Part shown: positions 1 to 7,153 of the stretch, in pieces | Numbering within the stretch: the first letter of the stretch is position 1 | How the letters are laid out: the number at the start of each line of letters is the position of its first letter | DNA from: Verrucomicrobiales bacterium | Lineage (GTDB): Bacteria; Verrucomicrobiota; Verrucomicrobiia; Verrucomicrobiales; V1-33 | DNA length: 14,193 nucleotides | Direction: 5' to 3' | Assembly: GCA_031411295.1 (NCBI GenBank) | Contig: JANOAV010000145.1 | Span: 1 to 14,193 of the forward strand | Position numbers and translations under genes: made by a program | The notes under the pieces: model-generated | The model's database searches: none | What the model saw: only the letters and a program-made list of their open reading frames with translations | What the model was told of the DNA's origin: nothing

Positions 1-140
1 CAAAAACGGATCTGCGAAACGCCATCGAAGCCTTTATCCAAGCCACCAATAATCACCCGCGACCATTTGTGTGGCGCAAGAGAGAGGTCAAAGGCGCCCA
101 GCTTAGAAATACAATTGTTAACTTGTGCAACTAAGCACTA
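1..140 (+). mobile_element. Right end of an IS630-family insertion sequence
   Basis: The transposase stop is followed immediately by GCACTAG (CTAG 138-141, TA at 139-140), matching the TA/CTAG target preference of IS630. The partner inverted repeat lies outside the window, so the exact end is inferred. Confidence 0.75.
3..134 (+). CDS. IS630-family transposase, C-terminal fragment (runs off the left edge)
   Basis: Not in the ORF track. Frame +3 reads KTDLRNAIEAFIQATNNHPRPFVWRKREVKGAQLRNTIVNLCN* (TAA 132-134). The L..AI..FI...N..P.PFVW motif is characteristic of IS630-family transposase C-termini. Confidence 0.88.
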   Translation, partial: KTDLRNAIEAFIQATNNHPRPFVWRKREVKGAQLRNTIVNLCN

Positions 141-3100
141 GTGACGTGGGCATTACCCCGTCATTGAAAATCGATCCACCGCTCAAGCTGTGCTCGGGCC
201 CGCCTTCTACGATTACAGTGGAATTCACCAATGGAACCCACGAGACGACCAAGACCAGCACTGTGCTGAAGGACAAGCTAGAAGGATCAGCGGTCAAGAC
301 GCTGCATACCATCACCTTTCCGATCAGACTGGAGGACTTGGGACCGGGGGTGCAGGTGTTCCTGTGTGGCTCAGATATTCACGGTGGGTCCGTGCCGAAA
401 GTTCCTGTGAGCCAAATCAATGGTTTCTACAATTACAATGCCACAACACATACCGTGACCCTGAATTTCGACGTGCTTTCGGATGCGCAGCAACAGACTT
501 CTGGAATGGAATTACCGCTGACCGCAAATGGCCCGCTGACGAGCGCTTTCATGCCGGACGGGACGGTGCTCCATGCCGAGGGAACCCCAGACACAGCAAT
601 TCCGGCCAATGATATCTATAACGAACTGCGGGAGGGGGCCACCGTGTCCATTTGCTTTGAGAACGTGCTCTTCCAATGCAAGGCCGACGGAAACTACAGA
701 CCATTTCCACCGAATGCGCAGTTTTCGCTCAGTCCGCTTGGTTTCGCATTTGGGGACTGGCCGCAGCCGAGTCCCGAGCGTTTGTTTTTTGGGGATGGTG
801 GCCAGAATATCGTGCTATCCTATGCGGACATGTGTGGGTGCCCCCACATAGACCAGGTAGATGCGAATTTGCATAATGACGCGGAGGTCAGCACCCAGGC
901 GGTATCCAGTGTCGCAAGCGCCCAGAATCGGCTGGGAATTTCGATCATGCCGTATGATCCTGGCCTCGACCCTGCTGCCGAGGTGGGCACCTTGGACTTC
1001 CGGTATGCCTCAGCGCATCCGGATATTACCCCTCCGCCCTCTCCGTTTCTCTTCCGCGGTCCGTTGACTAATAATGTCCCCATTTTCTTCGACTGCACCA
1101 CTTTAACGTATCAGGCTGTGCTCACGATGCCGAGCTACGGCAAACTTTCCCTTTATACGTTTCTGGATGAAGTGCGTTACTTTCCCAATCCCAATGATCA
1201 CACCGAGTTTTACTCTTTCACGAAGACCGGCATTGGCACGAATGCCTCCACACCATCTCACCCCTTCCTGCTATTACCACCTGCGGTGCGGGTGGGGGAT
1301 GATGATGTTTACACCTTCACTGGGGCCTTTATGGGTTTTAACGGGGAGATCGAAGCTCCCGTGGTGTTGACTGGGTGTGGGAAGGCCATGGCCCCGCATT
1401 TGGGCGGCCAGGATAAGTTCTCCCTCAGGGTGCAGGCGATCTGTGACGGCTGCGTGGATTGCGCTTACACCACCGCCTGCTTGGATACGTTCTTGGACCA
1501 TCATTGTAACTCTCCCTGCGACAATGCTGCGGTGCCACCCAATCTGAGCCCACGACAAAGCACAAGGAGTTTCTCCCTGGAGCGGGAAACTTATGGCACG
1601 GTGGATCCCACGGGAGCAGCGATAACGTCACACGCTCAGGCAATCGCAGCCGGTATTGAACTCGGGGTGGCATACCCATGTGACCATCTCCATGTGCAGT
1701 CGACGGGGAGCGTCCTGCCAAACGGTGGAGCGAACCAGCGTTTAGGCTTTGTGATGAATTATATTTCCCCAGCCCTTACTGGTAACAACTTTTTCCAGTT
1801 TCTGGAGTTTATTGAGGGCACCGTTACTCTGAATAACACACAGACTTACACCCTAGCCCTGGATGACTTGGGATCCGCATTTTTTGGCACCGGGGGCTGG
1901 GATTTAACCCCGGCAGTCGCAAACAAGCAGTTGCACATTCGTTTCGCGAACACCGTGCCCCCAGGGAACACGGCCTTCCTTAACCAATTGATGACCGCAG
2001 GGGGAGACCTGAGGTTGGACATGCACCTCCAGGTCAGGCCCATGGCCGGAAATGTGCCCGTGCCGGGAAATTACATTTTGAGCCCGATCATTGGTCAGTT
2101 TGTTAGCGCCTCTGGCACTGGTCAGGTGCTTGAGAGTTGCGATCCCTACATGTCCAATCTGGAAATTCTCAATGTGCAGACCACGGAGCACTTCGATATT
2201 CTAGAAGCCAACGTGACTAGTCCCGAAAATGGCTGGAACGACGCCACTGGAGTCTGCGAGCGGCGCTTTGTGCTGGAGACCAGGGTCTTGGGCGGAAAAC
2301 CGGGGCTGGACGAATTCCTTGGGGAAATCCGTCCGGTGGTTCAATGGGCTCCGGGAACTTCGAAGTTGCAACTCACGCTGCCCGCCAACGTCTCATTCAC
2401 TGGAGACGCGCAGTTTTTTGTGAGGCACCGCCCGGGACAGATTGGAATGTTTAACAACCAGGTGAATTCCACCACGCTGGGACAGGTGGTTACCTTTAAC
2501 TCATTCCAGCTCAATGGGAATATGAACTCCGTGTGGTCCAGCGTGCTGCTGGATCGGGATAGATTCTCCACCGACATGGTGATCCGTGGCACGCTACGCA
2601 ATACCTGCCCAGCCACGGCAACCTTTCCCATCAACGATGCCAAGGTCCATTTTCCCTACATTAGTCAGTTCTTTGCGCCTGATGCGGCGTGTCATATCTT
2701 GCACTATCCTACCGGAACAGACATCGCCCCGATGCCTTATCCTTTAGCGACATTTTCCATAGGTCTGACACATCAAACGCCGCCCCAGATCATCACTTCT
2801 GGTCCGGCCAAGTTAGGGGATATTCCCTTCGCTCTCAATGGGTGGGATGCCAATTGCCATCTGGAATTTCCTTGGATCCGGGTATCGTCTCGCGGAGCCA
2901 TCGAGCCCGGGAAAGATCACTGGTTGGATACGGTGCCTAATGCAGCGGATGTGGTGATCGGGGGCCTAATCATTTCCAGAAATGGCGGGACCTTAGCCAC
3001 GACGGTGCTGGCGGTGGGATCAGACGATTTGTTTGCCGAGGACTCTTTCCACAACCACACCGGGGTCCTACCCGGGGTGGACGGAGTGTTACAGACGGTC

Positions 3101-6100
3101 CCGGCAGCGGGCGACGGCATATTTGACGGGATTATTGCTGCGGGTTGTGATAACACACGCACTACCGCCGCAGCGGTGGGTGACGATTTACTGGTCAACT
3201 CGCCAGTGTTGACGAATGTGGGGCAGATTGCCGTGGACCATGATAGTAATACCGTGGGCCCAACCTACACCGTAGGCCATGACGCCAATGGCTACTTCCG
3301 CCTTCACGACATCAATTCAAAGTGGGCTAATGCTCCTTATATTTCCTTGGAAAATCTGACACTGGCAAATTGTCAGACCCGGCGGCCATTCGATGTTCAT
3401 GTGGAGTATGGGTATTCCTGCGTGGGGTATCCGACAACACCACAAGCCACTGGCTGCTCCGTTCAATGTTATGATTTCCTGGCGATGTTCGAGGAGTCTG
3501 GGTTGGCCGTGGAAATCAAGCAGTTCCCGCCAGTAAAAGCAAACTCTGCTCCGTATGGTCCTTGCGAGACGTTGGAATACCAAGTGCTGGTGCAGAGCAA
3601 TCTGCCTGCCAGCGTCACGAACCCGCACTTCTGTGTCATGGTGCCTGCGGGGATCAATTTCACCAGTGTTAGTGCGGTGCAAACGTACTATAACAACGGC
3701 TATACCAAAGGCAATCCGACCACGACAAGCCTCGATTTCTACAATACCAGCAACAATACCAGCTCTGGGATCACGCCGTCACTCAACAGCCAAACGGGGG
3801 CCACGACGTATGATTTCGATGTGGGGAACATAGCTTACAATGGGGCAGGGATGCCGTATATGGATTCCGTTTGTTTCACCTTTAGACTCAACAGCAGTTG
3901 TCAAACAAACCAGTCCGTGGCCCTGCGATTCCAAGCCAAAGGCCTGGACCTTTGTGGGAACCCGGTCCAGAGTTTCGTCCGGCAGACCCCCAGCATCCAG
4001 ATCTCTGGCGCGTTGGGAACTGTGACACCTAAGTTCACTGGCCCGTCCAATTCGATATTCAATGTGACCTGCCTGCCGAACGGGACCACACAAATTGATC
4101 CAGCCCATACGGGAGGGTATCCCGCCGCCGTGGATAACTGTGGAAACGCCATTGATCCCAGTGTGATCAGCTACACTGATGTGCCGGATCCCTCACACTG
4201 TAGTATTATTCGGACCTATTCCGCTTTGGTGTGCGGCACTTCGATTTTATTCGTGCAAACGCTAAAATTTCCGACCGAATTTCCCGTCAGTTTCCCCGTG
4301 ATCGATCAGTGTCCCCTGGATCGAGTGCTGCCTTTGAATGCCCAATGCAAGGGGGTGCTGCCGAACATGGTTCCGGAAGTGCTGGCGCATGACGATTGTT
4401 ATGTAGCCAGCATCACGCAAGCTCCACCTGCCAACACCATTCTAAAGGCTGGAACTCATACGGTAACTTACACCGTCACGGATGAATGTGGCCACAGCAT
4501 GCAATGCCACAATACCGTCACGGTTCCCTCCGGCATCAACTTCTGGGGCTGTGGGAATCAAACTTTTCCCTGCACGAACGATGCCGGGGCGCTGATAAAT
4601 TATGCTGAACCCACCGCCACCAGCATGTGTAGCAACGCGGCACTATCAGTCAGTTGTTCCCCGCCGGACGGGCAATTCCCCATCGGGGTGACTCAGGTGA
4701 CTTGCACTGCCGTGGATGCTTTCGATAATATTGCGACTTGCACCTTTACCGTCACGGTGGTCGGCAAAGGAGTGGGGCAGTGGACTTGGGCGCGGAGAGC
4801 GGGAGGTGCGTCTGTTGATGTTGGTCGCAGCATAGCGGTGGATGCCGTGGGAAATGTGTATGTGACCGGGTCTTTTACGGAAAACATAAAATTTCCGCCG
4901 TCAACTTTGCAACCATCAGGTGTATCCCTAACAGGTGGTGCAACCCAGATCTTCGTGGCGAAATATTTACCCAATGGCACCTTGGTATGGGCCAAGTCCG
5001 CAGGCGGAAATGGAGCTGAGGTTGGGTATGGCGTGGCCTTGGATGCGCAGGGCGACCCTTATGTCACTGGCTCCATCGGCAGCAAAAGCAGTTTTGCCGG
5101 GGTTCCAGATATCACGCCCTTGGGGACTTCCGATATTTTTGTGGCAAAGTTTGACCGCCTGACAGGGACCTGTCTCTGGGCGGTAAAACAAGGCGAATCA
5201 GGCGCGGATCTAGGGCAGGGAATCGCCATTGCACCTGATGGTAAAGTCGTCGTAACCGGTGGTTGGGTAAAGGGAGGGAATCAGGAAGTGTGTGTCTTGC
5301 AATTTGATGCCTCCAATGGATCCCTGCTAGGCTCTGCCTTCAGTTCAGGAGCCGCGGGCCATTCCGCCATTGGGTCCGCCATTGCGGTGGACTCGTCGAA
5401 TGATCTCTACGTCACGGGAACTTACAGCGGGTCTGACCTGACCCTGGCCCCAGGAGGAGCCCCTTTAACCGCGCTCGGCCTCACATCAGGTTTCGGTCGG
5501 GCCTTTGTGGCTAAATTTGACCATAGTAATTTAGCTGCGGTCTGGCTGCGCCATGGAAACAACAATATCAGCGCGTGTGCCAACCATTCCGGCAACGGAA
5601 TCGCAGTGGATAAGGCCACTTCCACGGTTTATGTCGCAGGGTCATTTCAGGGGACCATTGATTTCGGATCGGGCTTCTCAATGGTGAATCCTCGGAACAC
5701 GGTTTCTTCTGATTGTATCGGTCAGTTCAACGATTATTACATCCTGAAGCTGGCGACGCCCTCAGGTGCGCTCATCTGGGCGAAAAAAGGAACGGATAAC
5801 TTCACGTATGCGGACCCTGCCGCCAACGATGAAGTGTTAGGAATAGCCGTGGACCCTTCGGGGAATCCGGTGATAACCGGCTTCGTTCGTCTGGCCGCCA
5901 CAACTCCGTTTGTCAGTGGCGGGAACAAGATTTTGGTGGCCACACACAACGCTTCCAACGGAGACTTGCGGTGGACCTTAAACGCCAACGGGACTGGTTC
6001 CAACGTCCCGGACGATACCGGGTTGGGCGTGGCGGTGGACAGCGCTGGCAGCGTGCATCTCACAGGATTTCACACCCAATCATTGGACTTTCCGCCCCAG

Positions 6101-7078
6101 CCACTGCTTGTTTCCGTGGGAGCACGGGATATCTTCGTGGCAAAAATGGGAGTTAATTGCTCCTTTGGGCTTCTGAATAAAATCATCAACCCAAGCTTCG
6201 AACTCGCCAGTTCAGCCATACCTGCCAACACCTTTACCTTCGTCAACTCGGGGAATCTGACCGGGTGGACCACGGTGGGTTCCGGCGGTAACGTGCATGA
6301 AATCTGGAGTAATTTACTCCCTGGAACTTGGCGGGCTTCAGACGGGAATAATCAGTTGGAATTAAACGCCTCCAGCGTGGATCAAACCACCACCCAAGTG
6401 GTCACCAATCTGAGCACCCAAGCGCTGACGACTTTTGGTTTCGACTATACCGGCAGGAACGGCATCGTGGCTGGGACCCCAAACAATGACTTCACCGTGA
6501 CCCTGCAACCCGGTGCCGGCCCCGCGCAGACGATTAGTTTCGATCCTCCGGCCTATACTGCGGCTGTGGGCTGGCAGCACTTCGAGTTTACATTCGTGCC
6601 AATTTCTCCAACTTTAACTATCTCTTTCAGAGGCCTGCCGCACCAAGCCATCGCTTCAGGGGGCCACATTGACAATGTAGTTCTAACGCAAAACTATGGA
6701 GCCCTGGGCGATACGGATGGGGACGGCATCCCAGATGCTTGGGAGTTGGCTTACAATCTACAGCCGACTGTGTTCGCAGACGCCGCCGCAGATGCCGATG
6801 GCGATGGGATGTCAAACCTCCAAGAATATCTCTTTGGCACCGATCCGAAGGATGCTCAGAACATGATGCGTCTGCTGCCAATTCCTCAAGTCAGTCCAGG
6901 AGCGCACCTTCGCTTCACTGCGTTAGCTAATCGCAGTTATATTATCGAAAAAAGCGCCACGCTCGTCGGTGCCTGGACCACTTTCTCCACCGTAGTAGCA
7001 CAGCCGAGTGACCATACCGTGGATATCACGGATCCCTCCAATAATCCTCGTAATTTTTATCGACTGCGCACACCGTAA
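125..7078 (+). CDS. Giant multidomain surface/secreted protein (Cys-rich beta-rich stalk, 2x HYR, 7x SBBP beta-propeller, DUF642/CBM-like jelly-roll, TSP3-like DxDGDG repeats, C-terminal tail); probably 5'-truncated by IS630
   Basis: 2317-codon open frame. HYR-like motifs GTHTVTYTVTDECG and FPIGVTQVTCTAVDAFDNIATCTFTVTV (~4310-4762). Seven IAVD..GNVYVTG-type repeats (~4780-6150). IINPSFE...ELN...GGHIDNVVL domain (~6180-6690). DTDGDGIPDAWE...DADGDGMSNLQEYLFGTDP (~6710-6850). Ends ...RSYIIEKS..L..W...RNFYRLRTP. The called GTG start lies inside the IS end and no signal peptide is visible. Confidence 0.85.
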   Translation: MQLSTSDVGITPSLKIDPPLKLCSGPPSTITVEFTNGTHETTKTSTVLKDKLEGSAVKTLHTITFPIRLEDLGPGVQVFLCGSDIHGGSVPKVPVSQINGFYNYNATTHTVTLNFDVLSDAQQQTSGMELPLTANGPLTSAFMPDGTVLHAEGTPDTAIPANDIYNELREGATVSICFENVLFQCKADGNYRPFPPNAQFSLSPLGFAFGDWPQPSPERLFFGDGGQNIVLSYADMCGCPHIDQVDANLHNDAEVSTQAVSSVASAQNRLGISIMPYDPGLDPAAEVGTLDFRYASAHPDITPPPSPFLFRGPLTNNVPIFFDCTTLTYQAVLTMPSYGKLSLYTFLDEVRYFPNPNDHTEFYSFTKTGIGTNASTPSHPFLLLPPAVRVGDDDVYTFTGAFMGFNGEIEAPVVLTGCGKAMAPHLGGQDKFSLRVQAICDGCVDCAYTTACLDTFLDHHCNSPCDNAAVPPNLSPRQSTRSFSLERETYGTVDPTGAAITSHAQAIAAGIELGVAYPCDHLHVQSTGSVLPNGGANQRLGFVMNYISPALTGNNFFQFLEFIEGTVTLNNTQTYTLALDDLGSAFFGTGGWDLTPAVANKQLHIRFANTVPPGNTAFLNQLMTAGGDLRLDMHLQVRPMAGNVPVPGNYILSPIIGQFVSASGTGQVLESCDPYMSNLEILNVQTTEHFDILEANVTSPENGWNDATGVCERRFVLETRVLGGKPGLDEFLGEIRPVVQWAPGTSKLQLTLPANVSFTGDAQFFVRHRPGQIGMFNNQVNSTTLGQVVTFNSFQLNGNMNSVWSSVLLDRDRFSTDMVIRGTLRNTCPATATFPINDAKVHFPYISQFFAPDAACHILHYPTGTDIAPMPYPLATFSIGLTHQTPPQIITSGPAKLGDIPFALNGWDANCHLEFPWIRVSSRGAIEPGKDHWLDTVPNAADVVIGGLIISRNGGTLATTVLAVGSDDLFAEDSFHNHTGVLPGVDGVLQTVPAAGDGIFDGIIAAGCDNTRTTAAAVGDDLLVNSPVLTNVGQIAVDHDSNTVGPTYTVGHDANGYFRLHDINSKWANAPYISLENLTLANCQTRRPFDVHVEYGYSCVGYPTTPQATGCSVQCYDFLAMFEESGLAVEIKQFPPVKANSAPYGPCETLEYQVLVQSNLPASVTNPHFCVMVPAGINFTSVSAVQTYYNNGYTKGNPTTTSLDFYNTSNNTSSGITPSLNSQTGATTYDFDVGNIAYNGAGMPYMDSVCFTFRLNSSCQTNQSVALRFQAKGLDLCGNPVQSFVRQTPSIQISGALGTVTPKFTGPSNSIFNVTCLPNGTTQIDPAHTGGYPAAVDNCGNAIDPSVISYTDVPDPSHCSIIRTYSALVCGTSILFVQTLKFPTEFPVSFPVIDQCPLDRVLPLNAQCKGVLPNMVPEVLAHDDCYVASITQAPPANTILKAGTHTVTYTVTDECGHSMQCHNTVTVPSGINFWGCGNQTFPCTNDAGALINYAEPTATSMCSNAALSVSCSPPDGQFPIGVTQVTCTAVDAFDNIATCTFTVTVVGKGVGQWTWARRAGGASVDVGRSIAVDAVGNVYVTGSFTENIKFPPSTLQPSGVSLTGGATQIFVAKYLPNGTLVWAKSAGGNGAEVGYGVALDAQGDPYVTGSIGSKSSFAGVPDITPLGTSDIFVAKFDRLTGTCLWAVKQGESGADLGQGIAIAPDGKVVVTGGWVKGGNQEVCVLQFDASNGSLLGSAFSSGAAGHSAIGSAIAVDSSNDLYVTGTYSGSDLTLAPGGAPLTALGLTSGFGRAFVAKFDHSNLAAVWLRHGNNNISACANHSGNGIAVDKATSTVYVAGSFQGTIDFGSGFSMVNPRNTVSSDCIGQFNDYYILKLATPSGALIWAKKGTDNFTYADPAANDEVLGIAVDPSGNPVITGFVRLAATTPFVSGGNKILVATHNASNGDLRWTLNANGTGSNVPDDTGLGVAVDSAGSVHLTGFHTQSLDFPPQPLLVSVGARDIFVAKMGVNCSFGLLNKIINPSFELASSAIPANTFTFVNSGNLTGWTTVGSGGNVHEIWSNLLPGTWRASDGNNQLELNASSVDQTTTQVVTNLSTQALTTFGFDYTGRNGIVAGTPNNDFTVTLQPGAGPAQTISFDPPAYTAAVGWQHFEFTFVPISPTLTISFRGLPHQAIASGGHIDNVVLTQNYGALGDTDGDGIPDAWELAYNLQPTVFADAAADADGDGMSNLQEYLFGTDPKDAQNMMRLLPIPQVSPGAHLRFTALANRSYIIEKSATLVGAWTTFSTVVAQPSDHTVDITDPSNNPRNFYRLRTP
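2897..3187 (+). repeat. Four degenerate ~20-aa intragenic peptide repeats (I.PG.DG.L.T.P..GDD-like)
   Basis: Translated units: AIEPGKDHWLDTVPNAAD / IISRNGGTLATTVLAVGSDD / VLPGVDGVLQTVPAAGD / IAAGCDNTRTTAAAVGDD. Confidence 0.55.
4780..6150 (+). repeat. Seven SBBP-type beta-propeller repeats within the giant protein
   Basis: IAVDAVGNVYVTG, VALDAQGDPYVTG, IAIAPDGKVVVTG, IAVDSSNDLYVTG, IAVDKATSTVYVAG, IAVDPSGNPVITG and VAVDSAGSVHLTG, interspersed with IFVAK strands. Boundaries are approximate. Confidence 0.85.
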
Positions 7079-7153
7079 TCTGGGTAAATCACGCTTATCT
7101 ACACCTTGAAGGTTGGAAAATCCGACTGCGCCCAATTCTCAGAAAGCCACCCC

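Noticed and set aside
118..7135. Many 60-140 aa alternative-frame and antisense ORFs inside the giant gene
   Set aside because: Shadow ORFs overlapping a long frame with clear domain motifs; none shows a recognisable motif.
7079..7153. Bidirectional terminator between the convergent genes
   Set aside because: Only a weak 6-bp stem (GTTGGA-AAA-TCCGAC) without U-tracts.
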